DNA from: a virus
Lineage: Duplodnaviria; Caudoviricetes
Length of the DNA: 33,592 bases
Virus record (IMG/VR): IMGVR_UViG_3300037310_000514
Location: 1 to 33,592 of that record
Strand: one strand, 5' to 3'
Numbering within the stretch: position 1 is the stretch's first letter; each line of letters begins with the position of its first letter. Below the pieces are notes generated by a model, which did not search any database, was not told the origin of the DNA, and worked only from the letters and a program-made list of their open reading frames with translations. A program made the translations under genes and the position numbers. This document shows positions 1-7,408 of this stretch, piece by piece.

Positions 1-1
1 G

Positions 2-853
2 CCCGAGGGGTTCTTCTGGAGGGCGTTCCGGCCCCATTCGGGATTCAGGGTCTTTCACGTTCCCTGCCATGCGTCGTCCCGCGTGTCTCCCGCCTTCTTC
101 GACACGATGCGGCGGTCGTTCGGCGAGGGCAGCGAGCAGTGGCGGGTAAGAGTTCTGGGGGAGTTTCCCGGTACCGCTTCCGATTCGCTGATCGACGCCG
201 CCGCCGTCGATGCGGCGGTGAAGCGGGACGTCGTCGTTCCGCCTATCGGTGCGGTATGGGGGCTGGATGTGGCCCGCTTCGGGTCCGCGTCGTCGAGCCT
301 GTGCAAGCGGTTTCCGCGCGGCGTGATCGAGCCTCCCCGCGTCTGGAACGGGCTGAGCACGATGGATTTGTGCGGGCGGATTCTGAACGAGTGGTCGAAC
401 ACGCCGGAACGCGAGCGTCCGTCGGCGATTTTCGTCGATGCGATAGGGGTGGGCGGGGGCGTGGCCGACCGATTGTTCGAACTTGGGCTTCCGGCGGTGG
501 GGGTCAATGTCGGCGAGAGCCCGGCGTTCGCCGATCTGAACTGCCACCGGCTGCGGGACGAACTGTGGTTTTCGGCGGCGCGGTGGCTGGAGCGCGGCGA
601 CGTGAAGCTGCCCGGCGACGCCCGCCTGATCGAGGAACTGATCTGTGTACGGAAGAAATATTCGTCGGCCGGGAAGCTGATGGCCGAATCCAAGGCCGAT
701 CTGACGGCGCGGGGTCTTCCGTCGCCGGACGTGGCCGACGGTTTCTGCCTGACCTTCGCCTTTCAGCGGGTGGAGGCGGGTATCGCCGTTTCCGGGCGGT
801 GGGGCGCCAGCGATTGGACGAAGCCGCTGACCAGGGGCGGTTCGTACGTGTAG
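2..853 (+). CDS. terL: Terminase large subunit, C-terminal nuclease part (5'-truncated by window)
   Basis: Frame open from position 2 to TAG at 853. RNase H-like nuclease motifs WGLDVARFG, IFVDAIGVGGGVADRL and SPDVADGF; directly upstream of portal. Confidence 0.9.
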   Translation, partial: PEGFFWRAFRPHSGFRVFHVPCHASSRVSPAFFDTMRRSFGEGSEQWRVRVLGEFPGTASDSLIDAAAVDAAVKRDVVVPPIGAVWGLDVARFGSASSSLCKRFPRGVIEPPRVWNGLSTMDLCGRILNEWSNTPERERPSAIFVDAIGVGGGVADRLFELGLPAVGVNVGESPAFADLNCHRLRDELWFSAARWLERGDVKLPGDARLIEELICVRKKYSSAGKLMAESKADLTARGLPSPDVADGFCLTFAFQRVEAGIAVSGRWGASDWTKPLTRGGSYV

Positions 854-864
854 GCGGCCGTCGA

Positions 865-880
865 TGTTTCACGTGAAACA
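865..880. promoter_or_regulatory. parS: parS centromere-like site (ParB/Spo0J binding site), chromosomal consensus
   Basis: TGTTTCACGTGAAACA, an exact match to the widespread bacterial chromosomal parS consensus. The palindrome extends to 18 bp (864-881). Intergenic between terL and portal. Confidence 0.92.
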
Positions 881-890
881 TGGGAGCCCT

Positions 891-920
891 CTTGCCAACC
901 CGGCCGTTTTCGGTCTATCT
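891..920 (+). promoter_or_regulatory. Putative alphaproteobacterial sigma70-type promoter for the morphogenesis operon
   Basis: CTTGCC(891-896)-N18-CTATCT(915-920) resembles the rhizobial CTTGAC-N17-CTATAT consensus and lies 30 bp upstream of the portal ATG. Confidence 0.45.
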
Positions 921-950
921 CTTCCGCCCGTCCGTTTCAGGCTGCAGGCC

Positions 951-3161
951 ATGGCTCCGTTCGCCTTGAAGATCGTCGCGCCCGACCCCGAGAGCACCGC
1001 CGGTCTCTACGAGGTCGGCGAGAGCGCCGCCCCGCTCCGGCCGATGGACGAAACGGCCGTTCGCAACGCGCTTGCCGCCGCCATCGACGATGCCGTGAAC
1101 TTTGCCGAGAGCGAGCTGAGCGGGCCTCGGCGACGGGCCGACCGGTACTATCGCGGCGAAACCGACATTCCCTTCGAGCCCGGCCGCAGCCGGGTGGTCG
1201 TTTCCAAGGTCCGCGACGGCGTTCAGGCCGTTCTGCCTTCCCTGGCCCGTATCTTCACCCAGTCGGACACGATTGCGGAATTCGTTTCCGACGATGAGGA
1301 AGACGCGAAATTCGTTTCCGAGGCCACCGCGTTCTGCAACGGCGTTTTTCACAAGAACGGCGGCTACACGGCGCTCATCCAGGGCTGCACCGACGCCTTG
1401 AAGGCCCGTATCGGTACGATAAAGGTTTCGCTGGTGGAGGCGCCGGTTCCCCGGCATCTGGAGCTTGTCCCCGGAGAGCCGGTGCCGGATGGAACGGCGG
1501 TTACCGAAACCTCGGCCGAGACGGTGGTCGTCACCCAGTCCCCGATCCGCCGCATGTGGAAGCTGGAAGCCGTTCCGCCCGAGGAATTCATCGTCTCTCC
1601 CGACGCCTCCTGCGCCGCCGACGCCCGGCTTCTGGCGCATCGCCGGAACGTCCCGATCTACGAAGCCGTCGCCATGGGCTACCCCTACGAGCGGCTGAAG
1701 GACCTTTCCGCCGACGAAGACGGCATGGCGGACATCGAGGACATGGAACGGCGCGGGTATGCCCGTTCCGGCCGCGATGCGACCGTTCCCGGCGATCCGA
1801 CCGCGCGGCTCGTTCTGCTGACCGAGTGCTATTTCCGGATCGATGCCGACGGCGACGGCATCGCCGAGCTGCGGCGGATCGTGGCGGGCGGCGGCCGGTA
1901 TGAGATACTGTCCGACGAACCCGTCAACTACGCGCCTTACGCGGTCTTCCGGGACGATCTTCAGCCCCACGTCTTCCATCCCATCTGTCTGGCCGAAGAC
2001 CTGATCCAGGATCAGGACGTCCAGACCGCCCTTCTCCGGGCCATCGTGGACAACACGGCGCTGACCAATTCGCCGCGCACCGTCGCCAACGAGCAGATGG
2101 TCAATCTCGAAGACCTCAAGAACGGCCGGATCGGCGCCATCGTACGGGTCCGGGCCATGGGCCAGGTGGAAGAGCTCGCGACGCCGTTCGTGGCCGGTCA
2201 GACCCTTCCCGTCCTTCAGTACCTTCAGGACGTGAGCGAGCAGCGTTCCGGGATCACCAAACTGTCCCAGGGGCTCGACCCCGACAGTCTGCAGTCCACC
2301 GCCCGCATGGCCGTCAACGCGGCGATCAGCGCCAGCGACGCGCGTATCGAGATGCGCGCCCGGAATCTCGCCGAAACGGGTTTGAGCGAGCTGTTTCTGT
2401 GCATCCTGCGGACCGCCCGCGACCGGCTCCGGGGACCGATCCAGCTGAAGACCCCGACCGGCGGGTATACGTCCGTCAATCCGCAATGGTGGCACGATCT
2501 GGTCGGCGTTCGCGTCAACGTCGGTCTCGGCAGCGGCCGGATCGACGAAAAGAAGCAGGCCCTCGCCGGGATTCTCCCGATCCAGCGGGAGATTCTGCAG
2601 GCTCTCGGCCCGGCCAATCCTCTGTCTTCGTGGGAGAACGTGCGCGAGACGCTCAAGACCCTTCTGCGGCTCTCCGGGATTCACGATATCGGCAATTATT
2701 TCCCCAGCGTGCCGCCACAGGTCGTCGGGGAAATCGACCGGCAGATGAAACAGGCCGCCGCCGCCCAGCAGAGCGGCGGGGAGGGGGCTGCCGCCGCCGC
2801 CGCTCTGGTGAAGGCCGAAGAGATAAAGGCGCAGGCCAAAATCCAAGTGGACGGCGCCAGGCTGCAGTCCGAGCGGCAGATCGAGGCGGTCGAGATGCAG
2901 GCCGAACGGGAGAAGGCGCTTCTCGAAGCCCGGATGAAATACCTGTCCGAGGTTGCCGGGTTGCGGGCCGAAATCGCCGCGCTGAAAGCCAAGCTCGATC
3001 TGGAGCGGCAGAAGATGCTTCTGGAGGACGACCGCCTCCGCGACAAGCAGGCGCAGGACTTCGCCGCCGAAGCCGCCAGGGTCCAGATGGATGCGCAGAC
3101 GAAACGGGCCGTGGCGGCGGAGACGGCGAGAACGCGCGGAGGGGAGGAACGGACGCAATGA
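951..3161 (+). CDS. Portal protein (podovirus, P22/SU10-like family)
   Basis: Follows terL. Motifs RYYRGE...GRSRVVVSKVRD, VPPEEF and RIDADGDGIAELRRI; coiled-coil C-terminal barrel. The ORF-track start at 864 is the parS palindrome (MFHVKH); ATG 951 is more plausible. Confidence 0.88.
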   Translation: MAPFALKIVAPDPESTAGLYEVGESAAPLRPMDETAVRNALAAAIDDAVNFAESELSGPRRRADRYYRGETDIPFEPGRSRVVVSKVRDGVQAVLPSLARIFTQSDTIAEFVSDDEEDAKFVSEATAFCNGVFHKNGGYTALIQGCTDALKARIGTIKVSLVEAPVPRHLELVPGEPVPDGTAVTETSAETVVVTQSPIRRMWKLEAVPPEEFIVSPDASCAADARLLAHRRNVPIYEAVAMGYPYERLKDLSADEDGMADIEDMERRGYARSGRDATVPGDPTARLVLLTECYFRIDADGDGIAELRRIVAGGGRYEILSDEPVNYAPYAVFRDDLQPHVFHPICLAEDLIQDQDVQTALLRAIVDNTALTNSPRTVANEQMVNLEDLKNGRIGAIVRVRAMGQVEELATPFVAGQTLPVLQYLQDVSEQRSGITKLSQGLDPDSLQSTARMAVNAAISASDARIEMRARNLAETGLSELFLCILRTARDRLRGPIQLKTPTGGYTSVNPQWWHDLVGVRVNVGLGSGRIDEKKQALAGILPIQREILQALGPANPLSSWENVRETLKTLLRLSGIHDIGNYFPSVPPQVVGEIDRQMKQAAAAQQSGGEGAAAAAALVKAEEIKAQAKIQVDGARLQSERQIEAVEMQAEREKALLEARMKYLSEVAGLRAEIAALKAKLDLERQKMLLEDDRLRDKQAQDFAAEAARVQMDAQTKRAVAAETARTRGGEERTQ

Positions 3162-3409
3162 CGGCGGAATCGGGCTACGACGCCGAAGCGATAGGCCATC
3201 TTCGCAAGTTCATGGACGGCCCGATGTGGGAGCCCACGGTCGAGCGCATCCGCCGCGAGATAGGGGATGCGGCCATCGCCGAGCCGTCGCGGGAGATGCG
3301 GGACGAACTGTTCTACGAGTACAAGGCTCTGGACCGGATCGTCGGGCGTCTTACGGCGCTTGTGAACGGCGCCCGCATGTCCGATCCGCGGACCGGGAGG
3401 ACGGGTTGA
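3158..3409 (+). CDS. Small conserved-type phage protein between portal and scaffold (83 aa)
   Basis: ATGA overlap with portal stop, GGAGG SD upstream. Helical sequence MTAESGYDAEAIGHLRKF...; typical position. Confidence 0.7.
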   Translation: MTAESGYDAEAIGHLRKFMDGPMWEPTVERIRREIGDAAIAEPSREMRDELFYEYKALDRIVGRLTALVNGARMSDPRTGRTG

Positions 3410-4422
3410 CAAAGGCCGAAATCTCCAGGGGTAGCGCCGAAACCGACGTGCCGGAAGACGTCGTTTCGTCGATCCTCTCCGTCGTTTCGAAGAAATCGAC
3501 GCCCGAACCGGAGCCGGAAACCGCCGACGACCGCAACGAGGATGGAATTTCGCCTGCCGATCTCGAAGGCGAGCGAGAGGGGGTGGCAGGCGAAGGATCG
3601 GAGGAGAGCGGCGGCACTACCCCGTCTCCGTCGCTCTCCGACGATTTCGAGCTCGACGTGACCGTCGAGGGCGAAACCAGGAAAGTCAGGCTGGCCGATC
3701 TCAAGTCCCGGTACTCGGGCGAAGGGGCTATCGAGAAACGGCTTCAGGAGGCTTCCCGGTTTCGCCAGGCGGCCGAGGATGAGGCCCGGAAGTACTACGA
3801 GGCCCTGCAGGAGCAGGACGAACGTCTCAAGCGGCTGGACGGCGTGCTGACGCAGGTCGCCGATTCGGGCCGGGTCGATTGGGACGAACTCAGGGCCAAA
3901 GACCCGCAGCGCTACCTTCTGGAACGCGACAAGCAGCGCGACGCCGAGCACAGGCGCGCTCTGGTGGCCCAGGAGCGGCGCCGGATCGACGAAGAGCAGG
4001 CCGAGCTTCGCGCCAAGGCCTTGGAGCGGTATGCGAACGATCAGGCGGCCCTTCTGACCGAGAAGCTTCCCGATCTGCGGGACCCGGAGAAGGCGCCGAA
4101 GGTCGTCGAAGGTCTTTCCAGGGCCGCTTCCCATTACGGTTTCACGCCGCAGGAGTTCGCCGCCGTGGTCGATCATCGCGCCCTTCTCGTACTGCGCGAC
4201 GCGGCGGCGTACCGGCAGCTTCTGGCCAGAAAGGCGGCGGCGGGCAGGACCGCCCAGCCGGTGACGCCCAAACCGCTCCTGCGGCCGGGCGCGAACGCGG
4301 CGGCCGGAAACAAGGTTCAGGAGGCGAAAGCCGAAAAGGCGATCCTCGACACGGCCAGGAGGACCGGGAAACCGGAAGACGTGGCCAGAACGCTTCTGAC
4401 CCCGGCGCGGCGCAGGCAGTAG
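3406..4422 (+). CDS. Capsid scaffolding protein
   Basis: TTG start with GGGAGG SD, overlapping the upstream stop. Acidic N-terminus, VTVEGETRKVRLADLKSRY, DWDELRAKDPQRY, DHRALLVLRDAAAY; precedes the capsid gene. Confidence 0.85.
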   Translation: MTKAEISRGSAETDVPEDVVSSILSVVSKKSTPEPEPETADDRNEDGISPADLEGEREGVAGEGSEESGGTTPSPSLSDDFELDVTVEGETRKVRLADLKSRYSGEGAIEKRLQEASRFRQAAEDEARKYYEALQEQDERLKRLDGVLTQVADSGRVDWDELRAKDPQRYLLERDKQRDAEHRRALVAQERRRIDEEQAELRAKALERYANDQAALLTEKLPDLRDPEKAPKVVEGLSRAASHYGFTPQEFAAVVDHRALLVLRDAAAYRQLLARKAAAGRTAQPVTPKPLLRPGANAAAGNKVQEAKAEKAILDTARRTGKPEDVARTLLTPARRRQ

Positions 4423-4427
4423 TCCGC

Positions 4428-4445
4428 GACCCCGAGGTCTTTTTT
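4428..4445 (+). terminator. Weak putative intrinsic terminator after scaffold gene
   Basis: GACC-CCGA-GGTC followed by T6; the stem is only 4 bp. Confidence 0.3.
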
Positions 4446-4448
4446 CTT

Positions 4449-4616
4449 CGCAAACCTTGCAAGCGGGGTTTGCGCATCGGCCCGGCGGACGACAGCCGTC
4501 GAGTTAGCCCCGGTAAGGCCGATGTTCGCGACCGGCCATCCGACCTCCTTAGGGAGAGGATGTTGTTCGTCGGCTTGAACGGACGACCTCAACCCACGCT
4601 CCGGGAACGTTCCCGG
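4449..4616 (+). ncRNA. Putative structured RNA leader upstream of major capsid gene
   Basis: Consecutive stems, several with G-U pairs: 4449-4474; 4475-4482/4517-4524 enclosing 4483-4488/4496-4501; 4537-4562; 4562-4570/4579-4587; perfect 16-bp palindrome 4601-4616. Confidence 0.45.
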
Positions 4617-4633
4617 TATAAGGAGACACGACC

Positions 4634-5608
4634 ATGGCCGTAGCCGCCAACGCACTCGAAACCTACGACAGCAAGACCATCCGGGAAGACCTTCAGGAGG
4701 CGGAGAACATGATTTCTCCGACCGAAACCCCCTTCTACTCGATGATCGCCGGACGGATGAAGGCGACAAGTACGCTTCACGAATGGCCGTTATTGGAACT
4801 GGCCGCCGTCAATTCGTCCAACCGCGTGGCGGAAGGCGAAGACGCTCCCACCGTCTCCGCGCCGGATGTGGCGATGCGGCGTTCCAACTACACGCAGATC
4901 AGCTTCAAGAACGTCAAGGTGTCCTCGACCGCCCAGGCGGTGGACGGTGCAGCCGATATCGAGAAGCTGGCCAAGCAGGTTTCGTACAAGCTCAAGGAGC
5001 TCAAGCGCGACAAGGAGCAGATGCTTCTCGACAATACGGCGGCCGATCCGGGCGCCGCAGCCGGCGCGACGGTCAGGAAAGCGGCCGGACTCCCGGCGTT
5101 TCTCATCACCAACGCTTCCCGCGGTACCGGCGGTACCGCCCCCACTCTTTCGGGGACGACCAACGGGTATCCGAACGGGGCGGCGGGCGACGGAACGTTG
5201 CGGGACCTCACCGAGGACCTGCTCAATACGGTCATCCAATCGGTGTGGACGCAGGGCGGCGATCCCAGGTACTGTCTGGTGTCGCCGATCAACAAGAGGG
5301 TTATTTCCACAACTTTTAACGCCTACGCTACCAAATACAAGGATGCCGACGATAAGAAGCTCGTTACTTCCGTAAATGTCTATGAAAGCGATTTCGGCAC
5401 GGTGCAGATCGTTCCGAACCGCTTCCAGCGCGGCCGCGACGTTTTCGTCATCGACCCGGACTACGTGGATATCGCCGAGCTTCAGCCCACTAAGCAGGAG
5501 CCTCTGGCGAAGACGGGATTGACCGACAACCGGCTGATCTCGTGCGAGTACACGTTGCATGTGGGCAACGAAAAAGCGCAGGGTATCGTCGCCGACACGA
5601 ACGGCTGA
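4634..5608 (+). CDS. Major capsid protein (DUF5309/SU10-like HK97-fold family)
   Basis: Strong TAAGGAG SD. Motifs REDL..ISPTETPF, HEW, LKRDKE, YESDFGTVQIVPNRF, LAKTG; 324 aa, after scaffold. Confidence 0.92.
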   Translation: MAVAANALETYDSKTIREDLQEAENMISPTETPFYSMIAGRMKATSTLHEWPLLELAAVNSSNRVAEGEDAPTVSAPDVAMRRSNYTQISFKNVKVSSTAQAVDGAADIEKLAKQVSYKLKELKRDKEQMLLDNTAADPGAAAGATVRKAAGLPAFLITNASRGTGGTAPTLSGTTNGYPNGAAGDGTLRDLTEDLLNTVIQSVWTQGGDPRYCLVSPINKRVISTTFNAYATKYKDADDKKLVTSVNVYESDFGTVQIVPNRFQRGRDVFVIDPDYVDIAELQPTKQEPLAKTGLTDNRLISCEYTLHVGNEKAQGIVADTNG

Positions 5609-5614
5609 TCCGAC

Positions 5615-5689
5615 ATGCGGCGGTACAATTCCCTCGTACCGTCCGCATAGAGGGGATGGGGGCCGCCTTCTCATCCGGCTCCCATCCCC
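5615..5689 (+). other. Tandem RNA hairpins downstream of capsid gene (mRNA stabiliser, attenuator or processing site)
   Basis: 12-bp stem with one bulge at 5615-5648 and 14-bp stem at 5652-5689; no U-tract. Confidence 0.55.
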
Positions 5690-5709
5690 GCCAACCGGGG
5701 AGATGCGAA

Positions 5710-5940
5710 ATGCTGATCAAGACCGTCAAGAGCGTCATCGATCCTTCGAGCGGAAAAATGGTTTCCGCCGGAGGCGTTTTCGACTTGGAATGGAACGCCG
5801 CGAGCTACGCGGTCAGGATGGGGACGGCCGTGCCGGTCGAATCGCCGCCGGAGGCCGAAGACCTGCCGTACCGGGACGAAGACCCGTCGGCGGCGCTCGG
5901 CAGGAAACCGAAGAAGATCGATCCTTTCGGACGGAGGTGA
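5710..5940 (+). CDS. Hypothetical protein (76 aa), possible capsid-associated
   Basis: GGGGAG SD upstream; MLIKTVKSVIDP...; phage-like codon usage. Confidence 0.7.
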   Translation: MLIKTVKSVIDPSSGKMVSAGGVFDLEWNAASYAVRMGTAVPVESPPEAEDLPYRDEDPSAALGRKPKKIDPFGRR

Positions 5941-5942
5941 CG

Positions 5943-6104
5943 ATGCCTAAGAAATACGAAGCCGTGCGCGACAGCCTGATGAAATCGGGCTACAGCGAGA
6001 AGCGCGCCAAGGAACTGGCGGCGAGAACGTACAATGCGCGCCGCAAGCCGGGGCAAAAGCCGGTGACCGGCGGGCACAAGAGCGGATCGGGAAAGTTCAA
6101 ATGA
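5943..6104 (+). CDS. Small basic protein, ChaB-like (53 aa)
   Basis: GGAGG SD. KYEAVRDSLMKSGYSEKRAKELAARTYN resembles the YEHIK..SE.RAKEIAARTVN pattern of small ChaB-like proteins; Lys/Arg-rich tail. Confidence 0.65.
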   Translation: MPKKYEAVRDSLMKSGYSEKRAKELAARTYNARRKPGQKPVTGGHKSGSGKFK

Positions 6105-6123
6105 CGTCCGCCGAGCCCGTCGC

Positions 6124-6402
6124 ATGAAAACGGTCGTCGAGAAGATGGAAGACGGCGTCTTTTATCGCCTGATCGAAGAGGACGTGGAGCCGCTGCTCGA
6201 CCGCGTCGCGCGCGAGCGCAACGACAACCCCACCGGCTTTTCGCCTTCCGGGAACTGGCGGAAGATCGGCGAAATACCGCTGATCGTGATCGACCGGTGG
6301 TTCCACGAGGGCTTCAACGCCTTCGACGGCAACAACGCCGCCGAGCTGAAACGGCGGCTCAACGAGTTCTCCAAGTTCAGGACGACCGACAAACCGGTAT
6401 AG
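6124..6402 (+). CDS. Conserved-type phage hypothetical protein (92 aa)
   Basis: Clean ORF. The DVEPLLD...WRKIGEIPLIVIDRW...LN..KFRT pattern is typical of small genes after podovirus capsid genes. Confidence 0.75.
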   Translation: MKTVVEKMEDGVFYRLIEEDVEPLLDRVARERNDNPTGFSPSGNWRKIGEIPLIVIDRWFHEGFNAFDGNNAAELKRRLNEFSKFRTTDKPV

Positions 6403-6414
6403 GGAGAAAGACCG

Positions 6415-6675
6415 ATGGCCGACTATTTCATCCGTCCCAACAGTACCGGATTGCAGGGTTCGCACCGGTTCGCGGCGGTGACGCCGCACGACACGAACCG
6501 TCTGACGTACCGGACGCGCGCCCTGTACGTCGGCGGCGCCGGAAACGTCGTTCTCGACAACATCGACGACGTCGCCGTGACCTTCGCGGTTGCCGCCGGG
6601 ACGTTTCTGCAGGTGGAAACCGACAGGGTGCGGTCCACCGGCACGACCGCGACCGGCATCGTCGCGTTCTACTGA
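6415..6675 (+). CDS. Head-spike base protein, RcGTA Rcc01079-like
   Basis: AAVTPHD...TRALYVGGAGNV...VTF...GTFLQV...RVRSTGTTATGIVA matches the Rcc01079 spike-base signature; GGGAG SD. Confidence 0.85.
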   Translation: MADYFIRPNSTGLQGSHRFAAVTPHDTNRLTYRTRALYVGGAGNVVLDNIDDVAVTFAVAAGTFLQVETDRVRSTGTTATGIVAFY

Positions 6676-6678
6676 CCG

Positions 6679-7401
6679 ATGCGCGGTATCGGCATAGGCG
6701 TCGGCCTGTCTTTCGGAAAGCCTGCGGCCGTCCCCACCGGTTCCGGCGGGATGCTGACCGCCGAAACCTCCGGTATCGCTTTCGATTTCACCGACGGCAC
6801 GATGACGGTGAAGCAGACCGGCACCCTCGTTTACGACGGCCCTATTATCGGCGGTCCCGCCACGATCGTCGGTACGCTGACTTTCGGCGCGAACGGTTCG
6901 TTCATGAACGCGAGCAACAACCTCAATGCGGCGCTCGCCACGCTCGGAGCTACGAGCGACTACAGGACGGCCGCCACGGTTTTCGGGACGTTCAGAAGAG
7001 CCGATCTGGTTGCGGCCGTTCACACAGGCGCGGTTCTGGACAACAACGGCAACAACAACGAGCACAAGATCGTCGCGCACACGAGCGGTCCCGACGCCCC
7101 GCGTTTTCAGGTCCTCACGGGAGGCGTTACCGAAGCCAACATAGGCGGCACGGGCTGGACGGCCATTGCGACCGACACGAACTACAAGGTCGCCGGAGCC
7201 GTTCAGCTCAACAGCGCCAACGCCGCCCTGAACGGCACGATCAACGTTGCGGATACCGCCGTCGCGCTTCCCGTTGCGGTCACCCATCTGCGGATCGGCG
7301 TCCGGGTGGGAGGGACCGCTCCGCTGGACGGCAACGTTCTGCGCGCCATGTTCCTGCCGCGCCGCATGAGCGACGCCGAACTGCAGACGCTGACGACGTG
7401 A
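6679..7401 (+). CDS. Head fibre, RcGTA Rcc01080-like N-terminal anchor plus lectin-like (ConA/LamG-type) domain
   Basis: N-terminal MRGIGIGVGL anchor peptide (cf. MIALGLGLGL) immediately after the spike base; beta-rich body ending ...LDGNVLRAMFLPRRMSDAELQTLT. Confidence 0.75.
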   Translation: MRGIGIGVGLSFGKPAAVPTGSGGMLTAETSGIAFDFTDGTMTVKQTGTLVYDGPIIGGPATIVGTLTFGANGSFMNASNNLNAALATLGATSDYRTAATVFGTFRRADLVAAVHTGAVLDNNGNNNEHKIVAHTSGPDAPRFQVLTGGVTEANIGGTGWTAIATDTNYKVAGAVQLNSANAALNGTINVADTAVALPVAVTHLRIGVRVGGTAPLDGNVLRAMFLPRRMSDAELQTLTT

Positions 7402-7408
7402 GGCGCCG

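Noticed and set aside
864-950. ORF-track starts MFHVKH on both strands (864..3161 + and 504..881 -)
   Set aside because: These are translations of the parS palindrome. The portal more plausibly starts at ATG 951 and the minus ORF is a shadow.
5606-5650. UGA followed by hairpin as SECIS or readthrough signal
   Set aside because: Readthrough adds only about 14 residues before TAG, and there is no selenoprotein context.
5542-5940. Possible T7-like frameshift extension of the capsid into the downstream gene (-1 frame is open)
   Set aside because: The GAAAAAG run is not phased as a canonical slippery heptamer in the capsid frame, the downstream gene has its own SD, and short open frames are common at this GC.
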